From Oopsacas minuta (lineage: Eukaryota; Animalia; Porifera): DNA of 64,000 nucleotides. Below the pieces are notes generated by a model. It was not told the origin of the DNA. It did no database searches and saw only the letters and a list, made by a program, of their open reading frames with translations. Positions within the stretch are counted from its first letter, which is position 1, and the number at the start of each line of letters is the position of its first letter. Made by a program: the position numbers and the translations under genes. The stretch is taken from positions 620,001-684,000 of the forward strand of contig JAKMXF010000210.1 of assembly GCA_024704765.1 (NCBI GenBank), in the 5' to 3' direction. Positions 43,301 through 54,226 of this stretch are shown one piece after another.

Positions 43301-44798
43301 TAATTTTATGACTGTACACAACTATATTGTTACAAGACAACATTGAAAAGAATAACTACACTATTGTGTTATATCATAAACAATACACACTACAGAGTTT
43401 AGTATATTGTTTGTTCTACAGCCACGGAGTAGAGAGATGTCTCATGATTCCGATTCAAATTCCCCGAAACGATTGAAGATTTCAATCTCCTTAGATAAGA
43501 TTGCAATACTTGACAAGGTCAAGCCTCTAATTGTTAGCTTCCCTAGAGTGAAAATCTCTCTCCCTGGAGATAAGCCCCCTGAGAGTAGCAAGCAGATGGC
43601 ACGTGTTCAACCTATCCAGAGACTTCCTGACTCTGGAAAGGATATGTCTATTCCTCCAACTTATAGCTGTCCACATAGGTAACTAATGAACATACTAAGC
43701 ACATAACCTCTTTATTTATTTAAGTTATATCAAATATTTGTATCTTGTATTACAAACATATAAAGATGCTAATCTTATTCTATATAGAGTAGCAGAAGTA
43801 CAGCCTCAGAAAAAGATACCTCACAAAGGTGCTCGAAACATGATCAATTCTCCAGATATGTCCTGGCACATGGATGCCTGCTATGAACCCCCTGTCTCTA
43901 GTACTATGATCCCACCCACTCAAAGCTCTGCTGATGACAGATGGGGTACCAGCAGTCACACTGGCGTATCGTATCCCTCTAAAATAGCACGTCCCTCTAC
44001 CTCTCATGACTATCTCACGGTTAGTATTACGATTATATTCACCAGATTTGTTGTTTTAGCTAGATACTTTTTAGGAGGCTAAAGGTCTGAAACATCAAGC
44101 AGACCATTTCAAATGTAGCTACAAGAAAGCGCTATTCTACTGTGAAGCAGCACTCAGCTTCATGCTATACGGAGATCAGCTGGAGGACAAGACTGAGGCT
44201 ATTCCTACTTACTCAGATACATTTGATCTGCTAGAGTTTGTATTGAGACCTGCTAGCAGTAGCGGGGGTGGACTAGGATTCTCTAGCTCTAAACAAAGTC
44301 CTCAGCTGATTACTATCTGTATGAGATGTCAAGCAGTTATTCTCAATAGAATATTCGTTATTAAGCAGGATTCATTAAGGAGCACACACAAGGAGCTACA
44401 CGAGTTCTTTAGCGTTTATAAATCGGACACCAAAGCTAAGACCCCTCTGTCAAACAAATCTCCATATGCCTCTTCCTGGTCTCCCACTAACATGGTACAA
44501 GTTCCCCAGAAGATCGCTACTATGAACTCGGACTATCTCCAGGTAATTATTGACTATATAGATAACTACCATGCTGATGTGCTAGTGTAATTTATCCTGC
44601 TTTATTCAGGTTCTGGAGTATCAATTCAATAGCTTAGAGTTATGGAACAAATCACAACTATACGAAGACGATGTACTTCCATTTATTCAAAGCCTCAACA
44701 ACTCTGTTGGCAAATCAGTAGAGATTTACAGCTCCATTAAAGATATTACGACTTGGTGTAAAACCGGTTTACATTGGTTAAGGAAAGATCAGACGTGA
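40338..44798 (+). CDS. AFF4: AF4/FMR2 family protein (AFF4/lilliputian), about 10 exons
   Basis: N-terminal DPLNLKISELLGPY resembles the AFF N-terminus. Long S/P/K-rich middle. C-terminal homology domain reconstructed across introns: DYLT|EAKGLKHQAD...KALFYCEAALSF...YSDTFDL...CMRCQAVI...VQVPQKIATM...KTGLHWLRKD, stop at 44796-44798. Middle exon boundaries are approximate. Confidence 0.8.
42511..42534. repeat. (GA)n microsatellite in an AFF4 intron
   Basis: gaggagagagagagagagagagag. Confidence 0.85.
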
Positions 44799-45354
44799 CT
44801 TGTGATGTGACTGTGTACATATCCTTATTTTTAAAGCATCCTATTACAACCCTAACCTCTTTTGACGCTTTTAAATATATCAACTCGCTCCAGATATTGT
44901 ATATTAATTGACCTGCCTAATTTTACTATTTTTACTCATCACTCATGAATCTTCCTCGCCCAATCAATAGCCCTTATTAATAAATATCGCATTTGTCGCA
45001 CTCTATATGCTGGCATAGAATATATATATATATTGTATATTACAATTCTTGTGAACGCAAGAACATTTAGAAATCCTCTTGTTATTCTTATCATTATTAA
45101 TTATTTAGAAATACACCTTGTTTCAATTATTTGTTATATCGTAAGGGGTGGGACATGGTTCATGAGTACCTCTATTGAGACTTTACATTATACCCATGAT
45201 GACCATACATGGTGAACTATAAGCATTATCAGCGATTATATTATGGGAAATTGAGGGGATTTGTATCTCCTTACAAGGCATTAATTATTCTATAATTACA
45301 ATTAGCAATTAGTAATCATAATCACAACTTTATAACATCTAACAGATATTTATC

Positions 45355-45957
45355 ATGCGATATTATTTGCTACTATGCTTGCTATGTGTACTGACCTATC
45401 GAGTCTTATCACATTCGTGTAATTCTGCTCAACAATGTACAGCTACATCCTTAGTACAAAACAGCTTTCTTGTTCAATGTATTGATAATCAATGCGTTTG
45501 CGAGAGCGATTGTTTCTTCTATGATTTTTATGTTAGAGGCAACATAACAGACACTTGTATCATAAATTCAGTCTGCTACTCATATTCCTCAGAGAATGAT
45601 ACCTGTTATCTTATCACTAAGTCTGCTAACAGTGCTGTCATATACGCACTATTCCTCGGCTATGTGGGTGGTGCTAACTATTATATAGGTCGTTATGATC
45701 AAGCAATAATACAAACTATATTATTTCTTATTTTAGTCCCATTCTCTCTACTGTTATGTGCTCTTAACGTTTATTGTTGTAGAGGTCACAAACGAAGATC
45801 CTCTTTAACTATTCGTTGGTTTATCTGTAATTGTATCGGGGTAGTTATTGTTGTGCTACTGAGTGTAGTACTGTTCATTTGGTGGATTGTGGATATATTT
45901 CTGTTTGCTAACAATATGAAGCTGGACGGCAATCAATGCTCTCTCTCAGTCAGCTGA
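45355..45957 (+). CDS. TM2-domain membrane protein with signal peptide and Cys-rich ectodomain
   Basis: LFLGYVGGANYYIGRY (TM2 motif) and WWIVDIFLF...DGN C-terminal motif. Confidence 0.75.
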   Translation: MRYYLLLCLLCVLTYRVLSHSCNSAQQCTATSLVQNSFLVQCIDNQCVCESDCFFYDFYVRGNITDTCIINSVCYSYSSENDTCYLITKSANSAVIYALFLGYVGGANYYIGRYDQAIIQTILFLILVPFSLLLCALNVYCCRGHKRRSSLTIRWFICNCIGVVIVVLLSVVLFIWWIVDIFLFANNMKLDGNQCSLSVS

Positions 45958-46087
45958 GAGCCCTGTTATTTTTGAAGCAACTCTAGTAATATTTGTGATA
46001 ATACGTATATATTGTTTTGCTCTGTAATTATACAGTATTAGTAGCAGCGGAATAAGAAGCCATAATTAATAGTATCACTATATAACT

Positions 46088-46121
46088 TGCTATGTCATTT
46101 GCTTAGTCATTTTGCTGACTG
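46088..46121. promoter_or_regulatory. Two tandem ARE/MARE-like elements plus a Maf half-site
   Basis: TGCTATGTCAT (46088-46098), TGCTTAGTCAT (46100-46110), TGCTGACTG (46113-46121). Reverse complements of the first two fit RTGACnnnGCA. Confidence 0.35.
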
Positions 46122-46212
46122 TAATAATAATAATACATCAAAGGAAGCTGTATATAATTATAACATATAGAGGAAATTTATGGCATAATATTATATCCGT
46201 CAATAGCTTGAC

Positions 46213-46794
46213 ATGTCAATTGACACATCTCCTAACCTTATGACAGAATCAGCATCTACTCAACCTCCAGAAGATGCCGCTACCTTAGAGATCAAACAGA
46301 AGATGTTGTCAAACTTCTCAGTGTTTGATCACGAGAATACCAAGACTGTAGATGTTAGTGAGGTGAGGGCTATCGTAGCCTCTCTGGAGCTGTACCCCAC
46401 TCAGACAGAGCTACACGATCTGATAACTGAGATGGAGGAGGAGGAACCTACTGGTTACATACGGTATGATAGGTTTGAACCAGTAAGTGCATTAGCCATA
46501 TAAATGATTGGGTAATATACTTATAGTGTATTATAGGTAGTGTTTAAAGCTGTAGCAGAGAAGCGCTACTCTCCTGCTAGCGAGGAGATCTTATTGAAAG
46601 CATTCGAGACTCTAGACAGAGATAACAGAGGATATCTAACACCTGAGGATATTGAGGCTTACTTCACTGAGGGGGAAGATTCATTTTCTAAAGAAGAATT
46701 AGATGAGTTCTTACACTCAGCAATAGATCCTAATACTGGGAATATTAACTACAGAGATTTTGTACAATCAATGCTAGAACAGGATTCTAACTAA
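46213..46794 (+). CDS. EFCAB2: EF-hand calcium-binding domain protein 2 (DRC8), 2 exons
   Basis: Exons 46213-46482 and 46537-46794. FSVFDHENTKTVDVSEVRAIVASLELYPTQTELHDLITEMEEEEPTGYIRYDRFEP matches the EFCAB2 pattern. Confidence 0.88.
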
Positions 46795-46895
46795 CAGCCT
46801 AATCACTCAGTATATTACTATTAATAACTACACAATGTATAACCTTATTACTAAATGTTATTATGATATTCGTTAGCTGATTGAAATGCTTTAGA

Positions 46896-49800
46896 ATGGA
46901 TGATAAATCTCGGAGTGATAATAAGAACGATAACTTTAAAGTGGGTCTACGAGTTAGACCCCCTCTAACCAAGGAGTCCAATAGCAAAAGATGTGTGCAT
47001 CTGGAGCATGGAGGTGTGTCTGTATTCAGAGGGAACCTGGGATTAGACCTGAGAGGCAGGTCTCCTCAAGCTCTCATTGACGTCACTGACTTAGCAAATC
47101 TACAACCTGACCCTAAGCCTCAGACATTCTTCTATGATAGTTTGTTTGATATAACAGCATTACAGGTATAATAACCGCTATATTATAGCTATACTAGTGT
47201 TATCTATTATTAATTGTAGGAAGAAGTGTATGATACTTGTGCTCAGCCTATTGTCCTATCAGTACTGGAGGGATACAATGGTAGTGTTATAGCATACGGA
47301 CAGACTGGTACTGGTAAGACACACACGATAGAAGGGACATATAGTGAGGAGGGGAGAGGCCTGATCCCTAGGTGTTCTGAGGAGATATTTCATTTTATTC
47401 AGAATAAAGCTGACTCGGATTCTAAGTTCTTAGTAAGTTATCTAAACAAATAATAAAGAACAAACAATTCTATTATTTATTGGTGCTTTCAACTGGCTTC
47501 TTCTTGGCGGTGAGCAATACTCCCGCTACTATAACGAACACTGTAAATCCCTGAGCTGCTACACGGGCCCGCATCATCAAATTTGACTTTCTTTGATCAC
47601 CTTTAACGAACTGATATAATCCATAAGAAAGTGCTGCTACTGTCAGTCCACATCCCAGAGGTACGAAGGGGTTTTCCTTGAGTTTCCTCCAGAGCTTCTC
47701 TCTCCTGGTCTCGGGTCCTGAGTAGATATATTCAGACAGCTGATCAGCAGTTATCTTATCTGAACTCATAGCTAAATAATAAATAGAAATTAGTTTATCA
47801 ACCATAGATAAGAACTATAAATTATAGGTACGGGTCTCCTTCTTGGAAATTTATAACGAGCGTCTATTTGACCTACTGGATCCATCTCATGAAAAGCTAC
47901 GAGTACGCGAGGACGGCTCCAGCTGTACGTTTGTAGAGGGACTGAGTGAACACGTGGTTAAAGGGACCATGGATGTGAACAGACTTCTCAGGAAGGGATC
48001 AACAGCTCGTATAACAGATGGTTCTAAAATGAACAAAGAGAGTAGTCGCAGTCATGCTGTATTCACAATAGTGATAGAGCGATCTGGCGGATCATACAGG
48101 AGTAGAGTAACTATTGGGAAATTACGCTTGGTTGATTTAGCTGGCTCTGAGAGGTGAGAATTGCCGCGAAATAACGCATAGTAATTCAGTTAATTCCCTC
48201 CTAATAGATTTGATATAGAAGCAAAAGACAAACATTTAACAGAGACTAAGAACATCAATACATCTCTCACAACATTCGGTAAAGTAGTTCTAGCCCTGAC
48301 TAGCTCTGGATATCACTCCTACATACCGTACAGAGACAGTAAGCTGACTAGGATCCTACAGGACTCCCTGGGTGGTAACAGCAAGGCCTTCTTAGTATGT
48401 ACAGTCAGTCCTATGACAGATTGCTATCTGGAGACCTTAAGTACTCTAAAATTCGCTCAGCGAGCTAAACATATACAGAATAAAGCTATTGTGAATCAGG
48501 ACTTTACGAAGAAGGCAATGCTCTCTGCCTACGAGAAGGAGATAGCTCGTCTACACAAGGAACTGATCGAGAGCAGAGAGGGATGGGTATCTGCTGGGGA
48601 GTTAGAGAGAGTTAAAGAGGAGAAAGAGAGAGTTGAGTTAGAAAGAGAGGAGGTTATGCATATGCTGGCTAGACAGAACGAGCAGAGTAATCTGAAGGAA
48701 GATGAGAGAGAGAGTCTTGAGAAAAAGATACAGGAATTAGAGCTTCTTGTACTTAAGGTAATATATATCATATAATATAATATATTATTAGTTAAATATT
48801 CTTGTTCAGGGTGGTGATAAGTCTAAAGGGTCGTTAATAACTCCTGAAAGAGAGCTAGTCGATCAGAGACAAGCTCTAGAAGCAGAAAGGAAGAGATTAG
48901 AGGACGAGAGGATAGCATTTAAGCAAGAGAAAGATTCTTTCTTGAGAGCAAGAACAGCTCCTGACGGACAGACGGGATCTGATGAGGAAAATACCGACAT
49001 GACGTCACCATATCGTCGACGTGCTGGCAGTATAAGTTCATCAATCAGTTCATTACGTACTGGTCAGAACACACCAATTATGAGACAGTCTAGATGGTCT
49101 CAAAACTACGCGTCTATGTATCCAGCTGGTCCTGTAATAGGTAGGAGTCACCAAGGATGGGTAGGATATCCTGTAAGTTATCATTAATGCTTATACATTA
49201 CTCATTCTATTGATTATTAACTTTATAGCAGCAAAGAAGCTCTGTAACAGCTCTCTTAGACGCATCGTACAGGAAGTCTCTTATCACATACGTCACTGCT
49301 CTGGCTAATCCTAAGACAGGAATTCCGTGTAAACAGTTCGATAATGGTTTGTCTGTGTTCTCAGGCAGTCATGCAGTCAAATGGTTCATGGATAATATGG
49401 ATGGAGTAGGTAGTGTAAATGCTGCTGCTGACGTAGGACAGAAGTTAATGAATCTACAGGTAATATCCCTGTTCCATTAATTCATAAATAATTATTACTT
49501 ATAACAATTGTATAGGTGTTTATTAGCATGGACGGGACTCTACACTTCCTTCCTTCAGACACCAATTACTACAGATTCTCTCCTGAGTATATTCCTATTC
49601 ATTCATCCTATCCTAGCAGAGAGAGTATACACTCAATAGACAGACCTATCTCCTCAGCTGTTCCTTCTATCAGGTCTAATAAATCCAGGAGCTTATCACC
49701 TGAATCCTATCCTCTGTCAAATATGACATCTGACAACCTATCAACTAACACATACAGTCTCTTGTCTGATACGTCTTCTATTAGTAGTTACTCCTCCATG

Positions 49801-52164
49801 TCCTCAGCTACCAGGATACCTCTAATTGACAGACTGGGTTGGTCTAGTGCCTCTCTTCTACACATGACAGCTTCTCAAGTAAGTACTCTCCTCTATTGGA
49901 TATATACTAATTGTTATATCTATATGTGTGTAGGGTAACCGGAGTCTCTTAAAGAGGTTAGTAGCTACACAGAACGTGAATGAGCTGGATACAGAGAACA
50001 GATCTGCTCTTATGTATGCTTGTGTGGGAGATCAGCTAAAGGCTGCTGAGATATTAATTAAGAAAGGAGCTAATACTAACTTAGTAGATAAGGCAGGTAA
50101 CTCTGCTCTAATCTATGCTGTACAGTTCGGGAGAGATCAGGTTTGTTATTCTGTTTGATGCTCCAAATATTCTTTATAGCTTGTATTAGCTAGTTAAACT
50201 ATTATTGAAGTCATCAGCTGATTCATCTCTCAAGAATAAAGAGGGGAAGAATGCTATTCACATATGTGCAGAGATAGAAGAGAGTCTCAGATGTTTGGAG
50301 TTCTTATGCAAGTAATTATTATTCAGACATATAACTTGTAATAGTCATTCTATACATATCATATATGTATTCTACAGACATTCTAGTGTAAATAGAGCTG
50401 TTAACGAGAGAGACGGTCGTATGCAGTCTCCTCTACATATCAGTGTATTTGCTAACCTCCCTCAACACACCAGGATGCTACTAGTAGCTAGAGCTAAGCT
50501 GTGTATCAGTGATGCTGAGGGTAGGACCCCTCTACACTATGCTATTACAGCTAATTCTCTAATATGTCTTCAAATCATACTAGAGGTTGTTAATAATATT
50601 ATAACTAGTAATTACATTCTCTTTGAATCTGGTTTCTCTATTGAATTTCAGAGTATTCTCATAACATGCATGTTACCTACGTAATAGACATAATTATATT
50701 AATAATCAGTTCAGAGCACTTAGAGGAGTCCAAGTTGTCGGATAGCCTTGAACTGGTCTGGAATCTCCATGAGGGCGTGGAGTGCAAAGTTCACTTCAGG
50801 GAAGTCTTGACCCTGAGTGACCTTGTGGAAGTTCACAAATTGGAAATTATCAAAAGTTCTCTCTTTAATTCTGTCATCAAAATCCTCCATCGTATCCCAT
50901 GGTCCATCTCCTACTCCTACCATAACTATAGATAGCGGATACTTAGAAGCTCGTATTATTGCCGCGATAGTGTCTGCTTCATTTGTTACTTGTCCGTCCG
51001 CTATAATCACCAGGATATGATATGACGTCATACTCCTAACTATCTCTATTGCTTTGTCAATGAGAGGCGCAAAGTTGGTGGGACCAGAGAGGGTAATGTG
51101 TGGAGTAATCTGCTCGTAGATCTTCAAAGTGTCACTCACTCCGTTACACATTCCTCCATCTGTCTTGATGTTAAATACATTATTTCCTTTTGTTCTAGAA
51201 TCCCCGAAACCATAAACAGGTATCATATTATCGTCATCAAATGGTTCTAGCACTAATCCTAGAGTCCGTATAACTTTCTGATATGGGTTGAGGAGAGGAG
51301 GGACTAATGCGTGTAGAGAGTGTCCTCCAAAGGTCTGCTCCCCTTGTGTGTTGTTACTACGTGTATAGTCTATACCAAATATCAGCTGACTAGACTCTAA
51401 GCCCGCCTTACGCATGCTAGCTTGTAAATCCTCAAAACTTCTGTATTTGTCCTGGATCGTTAGAAGAGTGGGTGTAGATTGTTTAGGGGGTTGTTTCTTC
51501 TTCTTCTTGTTAGCAGTCACCAGATACACAATGAATAGAATTAATACGATTATCAGTAGTGTGTCCATGCTTGTATGCTGTAGAATATTTGTTATTATAC
51601 TTTAGAGTCTGATTGCTATTGTATAGTCACACACTCCTATATATTAACATGTTACAGTATGTGTTTATGCCTAATGTAGTAATTCAAGTCAGGATTATTG
51701 TCAATGATTGAATGTAGTAATTCAAGTCAGGAGTATAGTCAATGATTGAATGTAGTTTCGTCATTTATTTACTTAATAGTTAAATAGTTTGTACATTTAT
51801 TTGTTAGAATTGTGGAAGAGATGTAAATATTCCTGATACATCTGGGTGGTCTCCTCTACATCTTGCCTGTCATGACGGTACATCAGAATCTGTACAGCTG
51901 TTGATATCTTCCAAATATTGTGATGTCAATCTGTTAGACTTACACTCTGCTTCTCCTCTACACAATTGTGTGTTTGCTAATCGTCCTGACCTCATCAAGA
52001 AACTAATAGAGGCTGGAGCTAACCCTAACTGTCAGGACAAATCTAAGAGAGCTCCCTTACACTATGCCATAGAGAGGGGGTACACTGAATGTGCTCACAT
52101 GTTACAGAAGAGTAACACACCCCTCAAGGGCAAGACCCTGCTACACAACTTAAGAAATCTTTAG
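46896..52164 (+). CDS. Kinesin motor - coiled coil - DEP domain - ankyrin repeat protein, about 1069 aa, 11 exons
   Basis: Exons 46896-47165, 47220-47432, 47828-48153, 48208-48757, 48810-49172, 49229-49459, 49516-49878, 49934-50140, 50190-50311, 50378-50585, 51808-52164. All junctions are GT-AG and phase-compatible (total 3210 nt). Motifs [54 protein letters not shown]: [10 protein letters not shown]...[14 protein letters not shown]...[11 protein letters not shown]. About 9 ankyrin repeats. Confidence 0.8.
47473..47769 (-). CDS. HIGD2A: HIG1 domain family member (HIGD2A/Rcf1-like), nested antisense in kinesin intron 2
   Basis: [27 protein letters not shown]...[19 protein letters not shown] at 47769; host intron 47433-47827. 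Confidence 0.9.
   Translation of the reverse strand: MSSDKITADQLSEYIYSGPETRREKLWRKLKENPFVPLGCGLTVAALSYGLYQFVKGDQRKSNLMMRARVAAQGFTVFVIVAGVLLTAKKKPVESTNK
50720..51568 (-). CDS. Copine/RGLG-type vWA-only protein with N-terminal membrane anchor, nested antisense in the last kinesin-gene intron
   Basis: [24 protein letters not shown]...[74 protein letters not shown]. Host intron 50586-51807. Confidence 0.88.
   Translation of the reverse strand: MDTLLIIVLILFIVYLVTANKKKKKQPPKQSTPTLLTIQDKYRSFEDLQASMRKAGLESSQLIFGIDYTRSNNTQGEQTFGGHSLHALVPPLLNPYQKVIRTLGLVLEPFDDDNMIPVYGFGDSRTKGNNVFNIKTDGGMCNGVSDTLKIYEQITPHITLSGPTNFAPLIDKAIEIVRSMTSYHILVIIADGQVTNEADTIAAIIRASKYPLSIVMVGVGDGPWDTMEDFDDRIKERTFDNFQFVNFHKVTQGQDFPEVNFALHALMEIPDQFKAIRQLGLL
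51673..51756. repeat. 38-bp tandem repeat, two copies plus 8 nt
   Basis: AATGTAGTAATTCAAGTCAGGATTATTGTCAATGATTG followed by AATGTAGTAATTCAAGTCAGGAGTATAGTCAATGATTG (2 mismatches) and AATGTAGT. Confidence 0.9.
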
Positions 52165-52355
52165 AATAGAAATCCTTTACAAGTATGTAGTATGTTTTAT
52201 TGACATATATTGTTTTTATGGTTTTTATCCATTTCTACTCATGAATAATTATTTCAGTTTAATATAAGAACATTATAACACTAAGTCATTATCCTATCAG
52301 CTTTAAACATACGCTCTGTAACGAACTCAAATCTTCTCGATGGTTTGAACTATAA

Positions 52356-52826
52356 CTATTCTGTTATTTGGTTGACGGAATCAGTGATCTTAACAATATC
52401 GTCTAGTATGATAGACATCGCTACAATTAGAGCTCCTATTGCTAGTAGTATCGTGATCAGGGAAGATACTATAGCAGTGTAGGAGATTATCTTTAATATC
52501 TTGGCCCAGTAATGTGTGTTCTCTGAGTCTTTTTTGTTTTCGCTTGATCGCACTAGAAATGCTGCAATGATAGAGAATATCCCCAGACAGGGACAAGCTA
52601 TACAAGCTGATATAGACAGTATCCATACCCAGGGACCAGCAGCTGCTCCCATCCCCACATCGTATAGGTTAGGTGGTAGCATCGTGGGTTGATCCATGGT
52701 AAGCACAACTCCCGGATACATAGCTGACTCTAGGTCAGGGTACTGTAAGGCTGGAGCTGAGGGTCCCGGTGAGGTGTGGTATTCTCCTTCATAGCCGAAA
52801 GCCTCTCTCTCTTTTTCTGTAGCCAT
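52356..52826 (-). CDS. Dispanin/CD225 (IFITM/PRRT-like) membrane protein, copy 2
   Basis: WILSISACIACPCLGIFSIIAAFLVR followed by a second hydrophobic helix. The ATG at 52826 follows TTGTTAG and is preferred over the longer ORF start. Confidence 0.65.
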   Translation of the reverse strand: MATEKEREAFGYEGEYHTSPGPSAPALQYPDLESAMYPGVVLTMDQPTMLPPNLYDVGMGAAAGPWVWILSISACIACPCLGIFSIIAAFLVRSSENKKDSENTHYWAKILKIISYTAIVSSLITILLAIGALIVAMSIILDDIVKITDSVNQITE

Positions 52827-52981
52827 TAAGCTAACAATAGGTAATGAATTGATTAAAGAATACATTGTGTGGCGGTAATACAGTGTATCCCTTAATCCCT
52901 TATATGTAGAGTTCTTGTGCAATCTCTCTTTAATTGAAATGAAACACATCGTAACAAGGGCATGAAGCTTACCTGTAATAC

Positions 52982-53416
52982 TCACTGATCATTATACACT
53001 AAGTTTCGTAGTATAAAAACTATTACAATCACTGCTATTAGACTGAAACATGCTGTGTACAGCACTGTACCCGTTACTATTGCTACTAGAGCAAATCCAC
53101 GTCCGTACTTGACTTTTCTATTTGTTTCGATTGTTTTGCCTTCTTCTGCGTCTTTGCAGGCTGAGAATGTGAAAATGATAGATGGAATTCCACAGGCTAG
53201 ACAGCACACGAATGAGATGCTGGAGAGAATCCAGTCCAGAGTCTTAACTTGAGGTACCTTCTTCTGACGAAAATCGCTCAATCTTACAGCTGCTTCCTGT
53301 TGAGCTTTATAAGGATTGGTGTTTGGAGTGAATCCGTTGTCTTCGTATATCTCATATGGAGGAGGCAATGGGCACTCTTTGTTTGAATATTCGTCCAATT
53401 GCAATTCAGTATTCAT
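52982..53416 (-). CDS. Dispanin/CD225 (IFITM/PRRT-like) membrane protein, copy 1
   Basis: PPPY motif, WILSSISFVCCLACGIPSIIFTFSA, EEGK...A helix, C-terminal TM. Confidence 0.7.
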   Translation of the reverse strand: MNTELQLDEYSNKECPLPPPYEIYEDNGFTPNTNPYKAQQEAAVRLSDFRQKKVPQVKTLDWILSSISFVCCLACGIPSIIFTFSACKDAEEGKTIETNRKVKYGRGFALVAIVTGTVLYTACFSLIAVIVIVFILRNLVYNDQ

Positions 53417-54226
53417 TATACATTAATTATTTCACTGGGATATTTTATATACTTAATGCAAGTGTTTTATGAAGGCATATACATATACACGAGCAATACT
53501 CACTTGTATGTTTGAGAATTGTCTCATGGTTGCTAGTGGGCATAATATTTCTTATTCTACCAAAGGCTCTTGTATCTGATTATTTCGTAATACAAATTCT
53601 ATTGTTCTGGTGAGAATCTCAAGAGCATCTCAATGCCTCCCATACATACAATTCTCACATGGTTCTATTGAATTCTAAAGATTTACTTCGTATCATTAAT
53701 GCTTTATTTTACGATAACTCTACGCTTCGTTTCTTTATATATTCACCCTATTCTAGTGATGATTATCTCACTCTCTTTAGCTTAGGATTGTGATCTTATC
53801 TGTGTAGGTATGTAGGCTACTTTTCTGACAACAAATTTTACTTCAAAAATGGCTATTATCATTGTAGTAAATGGTGAGATTTTTCTAAGATTTGAATCTA
53901 CCTTAGTTGGGTATTTTATCTGATTTCGTTTGGATTTATAAAGCCTCTCTTAGTTGTAGTGGTAAGCTCACCAAATTTAAGTAATTCATTACGAGTTGTG
54001 ACAATAGTCACTACTGTAACTGATAGAAATTACCAATTATCAATTAAGTATTGAATTGGTTTACGAATGGTCTGTTGACACTTTGGCACAAAAGCCACCA
54101 GGTTCCATTTTCCTATTCTCACACTAATTTGATGCTTTACTCTGGGTATAAAGTTCTTTCCTATGCAATAGCCATCCAAGTAGCCTTCAATCAGGCTCTA
54201 CAATAAATAGCTGAATTGCTCCTATT

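Noticed and set aside
51673-51756. CRISPR-like direct repeat
   Set aside because: Copies are head-to-tail with no spacers, there are no cas genes, and the context is eukaryotic.
52827-52985. N-terminal extension of dispanin copy 2 overlapping the stop of copy 1
   Set aside because: AT-rich spacer-like sequence, non-ATG start, and an acceptor-like AG right before the ATG at 52826.
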